A stretch of 64,000 nt of DNA from Alphaproteobacteria bacterium. GTDB lineage: Bacteria; Pseudomonadota; Alphaproteobacteria; JAAXGF01. Numbering within the stretch: the stretch's first letter is position 1; the number at the start of each line of letters is the position of its first letter. The DNA lies in NCBI GenBank assembly GCA_963555825.3, contig CAUVXB020000002.1:2496001-2560000 (forward strand), given 5' to 3'. This document shows, piece by piece, positions 1 through 11,736 of this stretch. The notes under the pieces were generated by a model that saw only the letters and a program-made list of their open reading frames with translations, did not search any database and had not been told where the DNA came from. The position numbers and the translations under genes are program-made.

Positions 1-421
1 TGAGTCGCGCGTCGTCGGGGGTCAGCCCATACCAGGCCGGGTGGACGATGCCGATGAAGGCGCCGGCGGCGGCCGCGCGCCGCGACAGCCCGACGATGTC
101 CTCGCCGTTGGCCGGTGGCGCGAAATCGGGCGGCAGGCCGATGGCGAGCACGTGCCAGAGCTCGTCGACGAGCGTCCGCGAGACGTGCAGCTCGGCGCCG
201 ATCAGGGTGGTGAAGCCGTCGCGGCGAAGTGGACGGGTATCGGTCACCGGCCAGCCGTAGGTCTCGAGGAAATGATCGCTCAGCGTCAGGAAGTCGTAGC
301 CCGCCCCACAATAACGATCGATCACCTCGGCGGGCGGAAAATCGCCGTCGGAATTGGTCGAATGGGTGTGCAGGTTGCCCTTGAAGAAGCGGCCGGGCCG
401 GCCGAACGGCAGGTTTTTCAT
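1..421 (-). CDS. PHP-domain metallohydrolase (CehA/McbA-like), runs off window start
   Basis: Manual translation from ATG at 421: MKNLPFGRPGRFFKGNLHTHSTNSDG...DFLTLSDH...GAELH...HPAWYG. PHP HxH, DH and HP motifs. Absent from the ORF track because it is open-ended. Confidence 0.85.
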   Translation of the reverse strand, partial: MKNLPFGRPGRFFKGNLHTHSTNSDGDFPPAEVIDRYCGAGYDFLTLSDHFLETYGWPVTDTRPLRRDGFTTLIGAELHVSRTLVDELWHVLAIGLPPDFAPPANGEDIVGLSRRAAAAGAFIGIVHPAWYGLTPDDARL

Positions 422-567
422 GTCCGAAAACCCTCGAACTGAACACACTGGCGAGAAGCGGCGGCGATCCTAGTCCAACCGCCGGGGGATTCAAGAGAAA
501 TTATTCGCGCCTGCGCCGGGCCACCGCGCGGTTGCAAAGCGGGCCGATCGGTGGCATGACCGGAGCC

Positions 568-912
568 ATGACGACGACCGCCGCGTTGTGCCGGCTCGAC
601 GAGATCGCCTCGCCCGGCTCGAAGGGCTTCAGCCTTGGCTCGGGCGCCGCGGCGCGCGAGATCTTCGTCGTGCGCAACGAGCGCGGCGTCTTCGCCTACG
701 AGAACGTCTGCCCGCACACCTGGGGGCCGCTCGACTGGGTGCCCGACCAGTTCCTGTCACACGACAAGGCGCGTATCCTGTGCGCCACCCACGGCGCGGT
801 CTTCCGCATCGAGGACGGCCACTGCCTCTACGGCCCTTGCATGGGCAAGAGCCTGGCGCCAGTCGCCATCGAACTCGTCGACGGCGCCGTGCTGCTTGCC
901 GAAGCGGTCTAG
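568..912 (+). CDS. Rieske (2Fe-2S) ferredoxin
   Basis: CPH...CATH Rieske motifs; GGAG upstream of ATG 568. Confidence 0.9.
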   Translation: MTTTAALCRLDEIASPGSKGFSLGSGAAAREIFVVRNERGVFAYENVCPHTWGPLDWVPDQFLSHDKARILCATHGAVFRIEDGHCLYGPCMGKSLAPVAIELVDGAVLLAEAV

Positions 913-1039
913 TACTGAACCCGATCGGTTTCATACGTTCAAATGTTTCCAGCCCGCGACCGCGGGCCGCCGACCGTTCGGCGGAAGCATGCGCGGCGAT
1001 TGAGCGCAGCAAAGCCGTAGGCTTTGCGTCACCAAAAAC
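909..1039 (+). repeat. Family-B dispersed structured repeat, copy 1 (no internal sub-hairpins)
   Basis: ccagcccgcgaccgcgggccgccgaccgttcggc...gcatgcgcggcgattgagcgcag shared with 9316, 14865 and 45920; ends approximate. Confidence 0.85.
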
Positions 1040-1164
1040 GCTTGCCACCCAAGCCGCCTTGCCGCCGGGGGGATTTCTGTCAATAATCGCGAGTGCTTGC
1101 GTCGGCGTTCAGAACCGGCGCGGGTTGGGGAACGCGACACAGCAATGAGCAGGGGGTCATCGTC

Positions 1165-3099
<1,935 letters not shown>

Positions 3100-3111
3100 C
3101 GTTTAGCGAAC

Positions 3112-3140
3112 GTAGGGGTGGGTTTCAAACCCGCCCCTAC
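3112..3140. repeat. GTAG-family REP palindrome, possible bidirectional terminator
   Basis: GTAGGGGTGGGTTT-C-AAACCCGCCCCTAC between convergent genes; overlaps the TAG stop of the SDR gene. Confidence 0.8.
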
Positions 3141-3945
3141 TCGCTGCGCGAATAGAGCCGGTGGCCGACTTCGGCGAGCAACGGCATCGACGGGTAGTCG
3201 GTGATCGCCAGGCCGCCGTCGACGATCAGCGTCTGGCCGGTCACGACGAGGCCTCGTCGGAGGCCAGGAACGTGACCGCGGCGGCGATCTCGCCGGGCGT
3301 GCCGACGCGACCCAGCAATGACGGCGGCATGCCCCACGAGCCGTCGGCGCTGCCCGAGGCGGATTGGTCGGCGTCCTGGTCGGTCGCGATCCAGCCCGGA
3401 CTGACGCAGTTGACGCGCACGCCGCACGCCGCGCCCTCGGCGGCGAACGAGCGCGTCAGCCCCTCGATCGCCGCCTTGGCGACGCCGTAGAGCCCCCAGT
3501 TGCCGTGCAGCGTCGCGGTCGATGAGATATTGACGATGGCGCCGCCGCCCGCCTGCGCGAGCTGCGGCAGCGCGTAGGCCGAGACGAAATAGGCGGCGTC
3601 GAGATTGGGCCCGCGCAGCTTGTCCCAGCGCGCCCCCGGCGCATCGCCCGGCTCGACGCCCGCGCGCCGGCTGCCCAGCCCGGCGTTGTTGACCACCACG
3701 TCGAGCCGCCCGAAGCGCGCCACGACATCGTCGATCAATCGCGCGACCGCCGCCTCCTCGGCCAGATTCGCGGCGAAGAACGCCGCCTCGCCGCCAAGCG
3801 CCGCAGCCTCGGCCTCGACCGCCGCGCCCTTCGCCGCATCGCGCCCGGCGAAGGCGACGCGAGCCCCCTCGCGCAGGAAGCGATGAACGATGCCCCGCCC
3901 GATGCCCGAATTACCGCCCGTAACGAGCGCGATCTTGCCTTGCAT
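3137..3945 (-). pseudogene. SDR family oxidoreductase with a 1-bp frameshift near the C-terminus
   Basis: TGGNSGIG, NNAG, YGVAK motifs; frame breaks at DEAS| and the conserved VTGQTLIVDGG continues in another frame to 3137. Confidence 0.85.
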
Positions 3946-3972
3946 GACATGTCTCCCGGATGGGGCCGGCGC

Positions 3973-4896
3973 CTACCTCGGCCAGAGTTTGCAGTACTGG
4001 TCGCGGGCGCGCAGGGCGTCGCACAGCGCCTCGGCGGACGCGGCGTCGGCGAAGGGGCCGGCACGGACCCGAATCCAGACACCCCTGTCGGCGCCGAGGT
4101 CGATCTCGGCGAGGCTCATTTCGAGTGGGCCCAGCAGATCGGCATGGCGTTCGTTGAGGATCACCCAGGCGGCCTCGGCGGTCTCCCAGTACTGGAACGA
4201 GGCGATGTGGACCCACAGGCCGCGCGCGTCGTCGGCCGAGACCGCCGCGGAGACGGGTGCGGCCACCGCGACCTCGGTCTCGGGCGCCGACGCAAACTCG
4301 GTCTCGGCCGCCGGCACGGGCTCGGGCGTCGGCGCTACTGCTGCGACGGTCTCCTGGCCGCCCGAGCCCGGCGCGATCAGCACGGGTGCTTCGGGCAGCG
4401 CGCCGACGATCCGCTCGGTGCCCGGCGGGCTGGTCGCCTCGGCGCGCCAATTGGCGCCAGCGCGGGTGTACCAGCGCGCCGCGACCTGGTAGTCCTGCGG
4501 CACGCCGAGGCCGTTTTCGTAGAGGTTGCCGAGCTTGAACTGGGCCGTGGTGTTGCCCTGCGCCGCGGCCTTGCGGTACCAGTCCGCGGCTTGCGGGTAG
4601 TCCTGCGGCACGCCGAAGCCGCGCGCATGAATGTCACCCATCGCGGCCTGGGCGGGTGGGTCGCCCTGCTCGGCGGCCTTGCGGTACCAGCGCACGGCTT
4701 CGGCGGCGTCGACCGCGACGCCTGAGCCGGTCTCGTATTTCAGCCCAAGGGCAAACTGGGCCTCGGCGTCGCCTTGGCGGGCCATCTCGTAGACGGTGTC
4801 GTCGGCGGCCATGCCGAGCGGTACGCCGTCGTCGCCGCTGCATCCGGCGGCGAGCAACGGCGCGGCGACCGCGGCAATCACCAACCATCTTCTCAT
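3973..4896 (-). CDS. Lipoprotein with SEL1-like repeats and a C-terminal SPOR domain
   Basis: Lipobox LLAAGC; three AVRWYRKAAEQG-type repeats; VHIASF...RVRAGPF SPOR pattern. Confidence 0.85.
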   Translation of the reverse strand: MRRWLVIAAVAAPLLAAGCSGDDGVPLGMAADDTVYEMARQGDAEAQFALGLKYETGSGVAVDAAEAVRWYRKAAEQGDPPAQAAMGDIHARGFGVPQDYPQAADWYRKAAAQGNTTAQFKLGNLYENGLGVPQDYQVAARWYTRAGANWRAEATSPPGTERIVGALPEAPVLIAPGSGGQETVAAVAPTPEPVPAAETEFASAPETEVAVAAPVSAAVSADDARGLWVHIASFQYWETAEAAWVILNERHADLLGPLEMSLAEIDLGADRGVWIRVRAGPFADAASAEALCDALRARDQYCKLWPR

Positions 4897-4939
4897 CGCG
4901 GCGATGGTAGCACAGCCGGCGGTCCGCGCCACGCGCCCC

Positions 4940-5239
4940 ATACCAAGGATCAGTGATAAAGGCCCCTAGAGATCGCGTCCGCTTTTCGCCGGTGAGGCAA
5001 GGGAGCCGCGGGCGATGCAGCGCATCGGCTAGGCAACCTGGCGCCCTCCGGAGATAAGCGGACGCGACCCGAAGGGCGGCTTCCCGAGGCTCTCGCCCGC
5101 TATCAGATTGGCGGACGTCGTTGCACCCGTCTTGCGATGCCCCTCCTATTGCCATACATGGGCATCGCCGCGACGGGCGCGCCTAGCCGAGAACCACGGC
5201 AAGCCGTCTCTAGGGGTCTTTATCACTGGTCCTTGGTAT
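4940..5239. mobile_element. Family-A MITE, 300 bp, ~33-bp TIR, TA-flanked (IS630/Tc1-like)
   Basis: ataccaaggatcagtgataaaggcccctagaga ... tctctaggggtctttatcactggtccttggtat; close copy at 18098-18379. Confidence 0.9.
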
Positions 5240-5757
5240 TAGCCGCCGGAATCGTCGGTTTCACACCAGGATGCGCGGGCGCCGCCATGGTACGGCCGGC
5301 CGAGACCGGCGGCGATCAACAGCGCCCCGAGATCATCGCCCGCGGCGGTCTCGACGTAGGCCACCACGCGGCCCGCGTACTTGCCGTAGTGCACGTCGAT
5401 TAGCTTCACCGTGCCGCCGCCGATCGCCTCGACGACGAAGGCGCGAGCATGCGCCGCCAACTCGCGCTCGCGCCCGCAGCGGCCGTTGAACTCGGGTGTG
5501 TCGACGCCCGACAGCCGGACCCTGGTCTCGACGTCCTGGCCGACCCAGGTGCGCGCGCGCACCGCGATGGTGTCGCCGTCGACGACCTCGATGACGCGCG
5601 CCGGCACCGGGCCGGGCACGACGTCGGCGCGCCAGCCGCGGTCGGCGCCGCCGACGAGCAGCCAGGCGGCGATCAGCGCGCCGGCCCGCGCCGCCGCGCA
5701 TGCCGCCCGCCAACGGCCCGATGATCGCCTCGTAACTTGCGTCCCGGTCTCGATCAT
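5239..5757 (-). CDS. Thermonuclease (SNase-like) family protein
   Basis: VVDGDTI, VRLSGVDTPE, KYAGRVVAYV motifs; start uncertain. Confidence 0.85.
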   Translation of the reverse strand: MIETGTQVTRRSSGRWRAACAAARAGALIAAWLLVGGADRGWRADVVPGPVPARVIEVVDGDTIAVRARTWVGQDVETRVRLSGVDTPEFNGRCGRERELAAHARAFVVEAIGGGTVKLIDVHYGKYAGRVVAYVETAAGDDLGALLIAAGLGRPYHGGARASWCETDDSGG

Positions 5758-5883
5758 CCCGACCACACCCATCGCATCGCGTCGCGCGTCGCCAGATCGG
5801 TGCGAGCATGCGAAATGTGTTTCACTACTAACAGTAATTATATCATCTCTTGTCTACGCCTTGAAAGTGTAAATCCAAATTTA

Positions 5884-5898
5884 AAACATTTCAAGAAC
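5884..5898 (+). promoter_or_regulatory. Possible alphaproteobacterial LexA box in an AT-rich divergent promoter
   Basis: AAAC-atttcaa-GAAC, one mismatch to GAAC-N7-GAAC. Confidence 0.3.
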
Positions 5899-6007
5899 AT
5901 TTTTCTTGTGCCAGCGCCGGTGACCAGCCAAGATGCCGGGCGCTTCCGGCCGCGCCATCGAGCGACTACCATGGCGCCGGACAAGCCGCGCGGGGAGGGC
6001 GGGCGCC

Positions 6008-7438
6008 ATGAGGCAACATTTCGATCCACTGCTACGCGAGACCGCGGAACTGGCGCTCGACTTCTTCGACGGGCTCGCCGAGCGCCCGGTCGGCCCGCCG
6101 GTCGACCTCGAGGCGCTGCGCGCCGCGTTCATCACGCCGCTACCCGAGGCCGGCGAGAGCCCGCACGCGGTCATCGCCGAGCTCGCGCGCGCCGCCGCTC
6201 CGGGCATCGTCGCCTCGGCCGGGCCGCGCTACTTCGGCTTCGTCAACGGCGGCAGCGTGCCCACCGCGGTCGCCGCCGACTGGCTCGTGACCGCCTGGGA
6301 CCAGGTCGTCAGCATGTATGTCAGCTCGCCGACCGGCGCCGTCGTCGAGGAGGCCGCGGCGCTGTGGCTGTGCGATGTTCTCGGCCTGCCGTCGGGGCCC
6401 GACGGCATGAGCGTCGGCTTCGCCACTGGCTGCACCATGGCCAACCTGACGGGCCTCGCGGCGGCGCGCAACGCGCTGCTCCGGCGCGCCAACTGGGACG
6501 TCGAGGCCGACGGGCTGTTCGGCGCGCCCGCGCTCAACGTCGTCGTCGGCGACGAGGCCCACGCCTCGATCTTCGCCGCGCTGCAGATGCTCGGCCTCGG
6601 CCGCGGCCGCGTCACGCGCATCCCGACCGACGGCCAGGGCCGCATGCGCGCCGACGCGCTCGCCGAAGCGCTCGACGGGCTCGACGGGCCGGCCGTCGTC
6701 TGCGCCCAGGCGGGCAACGTCAATTCCGGCGCGTTCGATCCGCTGGAGCCGATCGGCGCGGCGTGCCGCGCGCGCGAGGCCTGGCTGCACGTCGACGGCG
6801 CCTTCGGCCTGTGGGCCGCCGCCTCGCCCGCGCTGCGCCATCTCGTCGCCGGTGTCGAGCGCGCCGATTCGGTCGCCACCGACGGCCACAAATGGCTCAA
6901 CGTGCCCTATGATTCTGGGTTCGTCTTCGTCGCCGACCGGGCCGCGCATCACGCCGCCATGACGGTCACCGGCAGCTATCTGGTGAGTTCCGAGGGTGTC
7001 GCGCGCGACGGCTTCGACTGGGTGCCCGAATCGTCGCGCCGGGCGCGCGGCGTGCCGGTCTATGCGGCGCTCCGTTCGCTCGGCCGCTCCGGCGTCGCGG
7101 CGATGATCGAGCGCTGCTGCGCGCTCGCCCGGCGCGCCGCTGAACGGCTCGGCGAGCGGCCCGGCGTCGAGATCCTCAACGACGTCGTGCTCAACCAGAC
7201 GCTGGTGCGTTTCCACCCTTCGGACGACGGCGCGGGCGTCGACGACGCGGCCGACGGCCTGACCCGCGCGGTGATCGAGCGGGTGCAACGCGACGGCACC
7301 TGCTGGCTTGGCGGCACGGTGTGGCACGACATGGCGGCGATGCGCATCTCGCTGTCCAACTGGGCGACCAGCGAAGACGACATCGACCGCACGGTCGAGG
7401 TCATCCTCGGCTGCTACGACGACGCGCGTGCGGCGTGA
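6008..7438 (+). CDS. PLP-dependent group II decarboxylase (aromatic amino acid/glutamate decarboxylase-like)
   Basis: WLHVDGAFG and DGHKWLNVPY (PLP lysine). Confidence 0.9.
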   Translation: MRQHFDPLLRETAELALDFFDGLAERPVGPPVDLEALRAAFITPLPEAGESPHAVIAELARAAAPGIVASAGPRYFGFVNGGSVPTAVAADWLVTAWDQVVSMYVSSPTGAVVEEAAALWLCDVLGLPSGPDGMSVGFATGCTMANLTGLAAARNALLRRANWDVEADGLFGAPALNVVVGDEAHASIFAALQMLGLGRGRVTRIPTDGQGRMRADALAEALDGLDGPAVVCAQAGNVNSGAFDPLEPIGAACRAREAWLHVDGAFGLWAAASPALRHLVAGVERADSVATDGHKWLNVPYDSGFVFVADRAAHHAAMTVTGSYLVSSEGVARDGFDWVPESSRRARGVPVYAALRSLGRSGVAAMIERCCALARRAAERLGERPGVEILNDVVLNQTLVRFHPSDDGAGVDDAADGLTRAVIERVQRDGTCWLGGTVWHDMAAMRISLSNWATSEDDIDRTVEVILGCYDDARAA

Positions 7439-7451
7439 CGGCGGCGACGGC

Positions 7452-8666
7452 GTGACGACGCAAACGCTCAGCAACGCCCAGGCGCGTCGCATCGCGCTCG
7501 CCGCCCAGGGCTTCGGCGCGCGCCGGGCGGACGGACGGGCCAACTGGCGCCGGGTACGGGGCGCGATCGAACGCATGGGCCTGGTGCAGATCGATTCGGT
7601 CTCGGCGGTGGTGCGCTCGCACTACCTGCCGGCGTTCTCCCGCGTCGGCGCCTACGATAGGGCGCGGCTCGATACCAAGGCATTCGATCCGCGCCGCCGC
7701 GAGCTGTTCGAGTATTGGGGCCACGAATGCTCGCTGCTGCCGTTCGCGCTGCAGCCGCTGCTGCGCTGGCGCATGGCGCGCGCCGCGCGGCTCGACGGCG
7801 TCTACGGCGAGATCGGCAAGCTTGCGCGCGAACGCCCCGACTATATCGCCCGGGCGCTGGACCTGGTGCGCGAGCGCGGCCCCTTGTGTGCGCGCGAGGT
7901 CGACGACCGCGCCAAGCCGGCGGGCTGGTGGGAATGGCACGACGGCAAGGCCGCGATGGAATATCTGTTCTGGGCGGGCCAGGTCACCACCTCGACCCGC
8001 CGCGGCGGCTTCGAGCGCGTCTACGACCTGACCGAGCGCGTGCTGCCGGCCGCCGTGATCGAGACACCGACGCCGACCGAGGCCGACGCCCAGCGCGAGT
8101 TGACGCGCATCGCGGCGCGCGCGCACGGCGTCGCGACCGAGGCCGATCTGCGCGACTATTTCCGGCTCTCCGCGGTCGACGGCAAGCGCGCTGTCGCCGC
8201 GCTCGCCGAGGCCGGCGATATCACGCCGGTTCGGGTCGAGGGCTGGCGCCAGCCGGCCTATCTCGACGCCGGCGCCCATCTGCCGCGCTGGGTGCGCGGC
8301 GCGGCGCTGCTCTCGCCGTTCGACCCGCTGGTCTGGGAACGCGCGCGCACCGAACGGCTGTTCGACTTCCGCTACCGGCTCGAGATCTACACCCCGGCGG
8401 CCAAGCGCCGCCACGGCTATTACGTGCTGCCGTTCCTGCTCGACGGCCGGCTGGTCGCGCGCGTCGATCTCAAATCCGACCGCGCCACCGGGGTCTTGCG
8501 CGCACTCGCCGCCCACGGCGAGGACGGCATCGACTCAGGCCCCGTCGCGGCGGCGCTGGCCGCCGAGCTCGGTCGGCTCGCCGCCTGGCTCGGGCTCGAG
8601 CGCGTCACGGTCAGCCGGCGCGGCGACCTTTCGGGCGCTCTCGGCCGGGAGATGCGCGGTGCGTAA
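7452..8666 (+). CDS. ycaQ: YcaQ/AlkZ-like (HTH_42) crosslink-repair DNA glycosylase
   Basis: LVQIDSV (QxD), FEYWGHE, LLSPFDPL, YRLEIYTP...GYYVLPFL motifs; GTG start. Confidence 0.85.
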   Translation: MTTQTLSNAQARRIALAAQGFGARRADGRANWRRVRGAIERMGLVQIDSVSAVVRSHYLPAFSRVGAYDRARLDTKAFDPRRRELFEYWGHECSLLPFALQPLLRWRMARAARLDGVYGEIGKLARERPDYIARALDLVRERGPLCAREVDDRAKPAGWWEWHDGKAAMEYLFWAGQVTTSTRRGGFERVYDLTERVLPAAVIETPTPTEADAQRELTRIAARAHGVATEADLRDYFRLSAVDGKRAVAALAEAGDITPVRVEGWRQPAYLDAGAHLPRWVRGAALLSPFDPLVWERARTERLFDFRYRLEIYTPAAKRRHGYYVLPFLLDGRLVARVDLKSDRATGVLRALAAHGEDGIDSGPVAAALAAELGRLAAWLGLERVTVSRRGDLSGALGREMRGA

Positions 8667-9279
8667 GCCCGGCTCGATGCGCGGACTCGAGGACCTCGGC
8701 CGCACGCGCCTCTCGGCCAACTTCTACATGCGCGACTTCCTCTATTCCGAGATTGCCGACTTCTACGGCATCGCCAACATCCCGAGCGAACCCGACCTGG
8801 CGATCGCCGCCGGCCGCCGGCTCTGCGAGACGCTGCTCGAGCCCTTGCAGGAAACCTTCGGGCGCATCGCGATCCGCTCGGCCTTCCGCGCGGCCGAGGT
8901 CAACGCATTCGGCAACGCCCATGGCGGCCAATGCGCGCGCAACGCGGCCAACGCCGCCTATCACATCTGGGACCGGCGTGATGGCCAGGGTGCGATCGGC
9001 GCCGGCGCTTGCATCGTCATCCCCTGGTTCGCCGACCGCTACGCGGCGGGGGCTGACTGGCGCGCACTCGCCTGGTGGATCCACGATCACCTCGACTACG
9101 CACACCTCCAGTTCTTCCCCAAGCTTGCGGCGTTCAACATCCAGTGGCACGAACGGCCACTGCGCCGCATCGACTCCTTCATCGCGCCGCGCGGCTGCCT
9201 GACCAAGCCCGGCATGGCCAACCACGCCGGCCGCCACGCCGAGTGGTACGAAGGCTTCCCCCGGCTGAAGCAGGGCTAA
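8659..9279 (+). CDS. Conserved hypothetical protein with a peptidase M15-like N-terminus
   Basis: RLSANFYMRDF...LCETLLEPL...FGRIAIRSAFR resembles the M15A fold; overlaps the ycaQ stop. Confidence 0.65.
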   Translation: MRKPGSMRGLEDLGRTRLSANFYMRDFLYSEIADFYGIANIPSEPDLAIAAGRRLCETLLEPLQETFGRIAIRSAFRAAEVNAFGNAHGGQCARNAANAAYHIWDRRDGQGAIGAGACIVIPWFADRYAAGADWRALAWWIHDHLDYAHLQFFPKLAAFNIQWHERPLRRIDSFIAPRGCLTKPGMANHAGRHAEWYEGFPRLKQG

Positions 9280-9315
9280 CGCACACTCCAACTGATTGAA
9301 ATCGACCAAAATTTA

Positions 9316-9519
9316 CCAGCCCGCGCCAGTCTTATTGGGACAAGAGGGGGGCCGCCGACCGTTCGGCCAATCCTTGTGGGATCAAGAATGGCCTTATGGG
9401 ATAAAGAGTGGCCTTGCGGGATTAAGAATGGCCTTGCGGGATTAAGAATGGCCTTATGGGATAAAGAGTGGCATGCGCGGCGATTGAGCGCAGGTCACCA
9501 AAGGTGACCGCACAAAAAC
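9316..9519 (+). repeat. Family-B repeat copy 2, containing a 5 x 20-bp tandem array (9371-9470)
   Basis: Units tccttgtgggatcaagaatg, gccttatgggataaagagtg, gccttgcgggattaagaatg (x2), gccttatgggataaagagtg inside the family-B core. Confidence 0.92.
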
Positions 9520-9534
9520 CACCGCACCAAGAAC

Positions 9535-9696
9535 TCAAAAGTCGCTGACCCGGCCGTCCTTCTCCCAGTCGCCGTAGCGTGTCGGCTCGGGACCCTTTTG
9601 GCCGCCGACCTCCTCGGGCCGCTTGGTCGGCTTGCCGGGCGTCTCATCGTCGGGGCACGACGTGTTGTCGGCGTCCGGTTTCTTGTTCTCGGGCAT
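9535..9696 (-). CDS. DUF1674 protein (SdhAF4-like)
   Basis: EVGGQKGPEPTRYGDWEKDGRVSDF signature. Confidence 0.92.
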   Translation of the reverse strand: MPENKKPDADNTSCPDDETPGKPTKRPEEVGGQKGPEPTRYGDWEKDGRVSDF

Positions 9697-9766
9697 GGAC
9701 CCATCTCTAGCCGATATCGCCTTGGACTGTCGACAGGCATCACGGCCTGGGTTACACCGCGCGGTA

Positions 9767-11056
9767 ATGACCGATACCGCACCCGCCCGTTCCGCCGCGC
9801 TCGATCTGCTCGACGCCGTGCTGTCGAAGCGCCGGCCGCTCGACGACGCGATCGCCGACCACGCCGCCCTCGCGCGGCTCGAGGCGCGCGACCGCGCCTT
9901 CGCGCGGCTGCTGGTCGCCACCACGCTGCGCCGTCTGGGCCAGATCGACGCGGCGATCGACCACTGCCTGACCAAGCCGCTGCCGGCCAAGGCGCGCGTC
10001 GTGCGGCAGATCCTCCGGCTCGGCGCCTGTCAGCTCCTGTTCCTCGACACGCCGCCGCACGCCGCGGTCGACAGCTCGGTTGCGCTCGCCGGGTCGCGCA
10101 CCAGCGCACCGTTCAAGGGTCTGGTAAACGCGCTATTGCGGCGCCTCGCCGGCGAGGGGGCGACGCTCATCGCCGCCCAGGACGCGGCGCGCCTGAATAC
10201 GCCAGATTGGCTGTGGCAACGCTGGACCGGCGCCTACGGCGACGCGGTGGCGCGCGCGATTGCGCAGGCGCATCTCGCCGAGCCGACGCTCGATATCACG
10301 GTCAAGGACGACGCCGCCGGCTGGGCGGCGCGGCTCGACGCTTTGCGGCTGCCGACCGGCACGCTGCGCCGACCGCTCGGCGGCCCGGTGACCGGGCTCG
10401 CGGGTTACGACGACGGCGCTTGGTGGGTGCAGGACGCCGCCGCGGCGCTACCCGCGCGGCTGCTTGGCGATGTCTCGGGCGCGGCCGTTTTGGACCTCTG
10501 CGCGGCGCCGGGCGGCAAGACGGCCCAGCTCGCCGCCGCCGGCGCCCGCGTCGTCGCGGTCGACCGCAAGCACCGGCTCGGGCGGCTGCGCGAGAACCTC
10601 GCGCGCCTCGGCCTCGACGCCGAGATCCACGCCGCCGACCTGACCCAATGGCGGCCCGAGCGGCCGGCCGAGCGCGTGCTGCTCGATGCGCCGTGCAGCG
10701 CGACCGGCACGATCCGCCGCCATCCCGACGTCGCGCGGGTCAAACGGGTCGCCGAGATCGGCCGCTTCGCGGCGCTCCAGGAACGCCTATTGGCGACCGC
10801 GCTTGGCGCACTGGCGCCGGGCGGTACGCTGGTCTACTGCGTCTGCTCGCTCGAGCCCGAGGAAGGCCCGGCGCATATCGAGGCACTGCTCGCGCGCGAC
10901 AGCGGCGTCGTCCGCGAACCGATCACGGCCGGCGAAGTCGGCGGCCTCGCCGAGCTGATCGACGCCCGGGGCGATCTACGCACGCTGCCCTCGCAGCTCG
11001 CCGAACACGGCGGTCTCGACGGCTTCTACGCCGCGCGCTTGAAGCGTTTAGCGTAA
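9767..11056 (+). CDS. rsmB: 16S rRNA m5C967 methyltransferase RsmB/Sun
   Basis: NusB-like N-terminus; DLCAAPGGKT and LLDAPCSATG. Confidence 0.92.
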   Translation: MTDTAPARSAALDLLDAVLSKRRPLDDAIADHAALARLEARDRAFARLLVATTLRRLGQIDAAIDHCLTKPLPAKARVVRQILRLGACQLLFLDTPPHAAVDSSVALAGSRTSAPFKGLVNALLRRLAGEGATLIAAQDAARLNTPDWLWQRWTGAYGDAVARAIAQAHLAEPTLDITVKDDAAGWAARLDALRLPTGTLRRPLGGPVTGLAGYDDGAWWVQDAAAALPARLLGDVSGAAVLDLCAAPGGKTAQLAAAGARVVAVDRKHRLGRLRENLARLGLDAEIHAADLTQWRPERPAERVLLDAPCSATGTIRRHPDVARVKRVAEIGRFAALQERLLATALGALAPGGTLVYCVCSLEPEEGPAHIEALLARDSGVVREPITAGEVGGLAELIDARGDLRTLPSQLAEHGGLDGFYAARLKRLA

Positions 11057-11073
11057 GCTGATAGGACACCGCC

Positions 11074-11730
11074 ATGCCGAAGCCGCGCATTGCGCCCTCG
11101 ATCCTTGCCGCCGATTTCGCCCGGCTCGGCGAGGAAATCCGCGCGATCTGCGCGGCGGGCGCCGATTACGTCCATATCGACGTCATGGATGGCCATTTCG
11201 TGCCCAACGTCACGATCGGGCCCGAGGCGGTCAAGGCGCTCAGGCCGCACTCAGACAAGCCGTTCGACGTGCATCTGATGATCTCGCCGATCGACGCTTA
11301 CGTGCCGGCCTTCGCCGAGGCCGGCGCCGACATCATCACCGTCCATCCCGAGGCCGGGCCGCATCTTCATCGTACCGTGCAGCTGATCAAGTCGCTCGGC
11401 TGCCGGGCCGGTGTCGCGCTCAACCCGGGCACGCCGGTCGACGCGGTCGACGGCGTGCTCGGCGAGGTCGATCTGGTGCTCGCCATGTCGGTCAACCCGG
11501 GTTTCGGCGGCCAGGCGTTCATCACCGCGACACTCGACAAGATCGCCGCGCTGCGCGCCAAGATCGACGCCACCGGGCGCGACATCGAGCTCGAGGTCGA
11601 CGGCGGCGTCAACAGCGAAACCGCGCCGCGCTGCGTTGCCGCCGGCGCCGACGTGCTGGTCGCCGGCAAGGCCGTGTTCCACGGCACGCCCGAGGACTAC
11701 GCGGCCAACATCGCGCGTCTTAAGGGCTAG
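11074..11730 (+). CDS. rpe: Ribulose-phosphate 3-epimerase
   Basis: [27 protein letters not shown]. Confidence 0.97.
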   Translation: MPKPRIAPSILAADFARLGEEIRAICAAGADYVHIDVMDGHFVPNVTIGPEAVKALRPHSDKPFDVHLMISPIDAYVPAFAEAGADIITVHPEAGPHLHRTVQLIKSLGCRAGVALNPGTPVDAVDGVLGEVDLVLAMSVNPGFGGQAFITATLDKIAALRAKIDATGRDIELEVDGGVNSETAPRCVAAGADVLVAGKAVFHGTPEDYAANIARLKG

Positions 11731-11736
11731 CCCGGA

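Noticed and set aside
9371-9470. CRISPR array
   Set aside because: Contiguous 20-bp tandem units with no unique spacers and no cas genes
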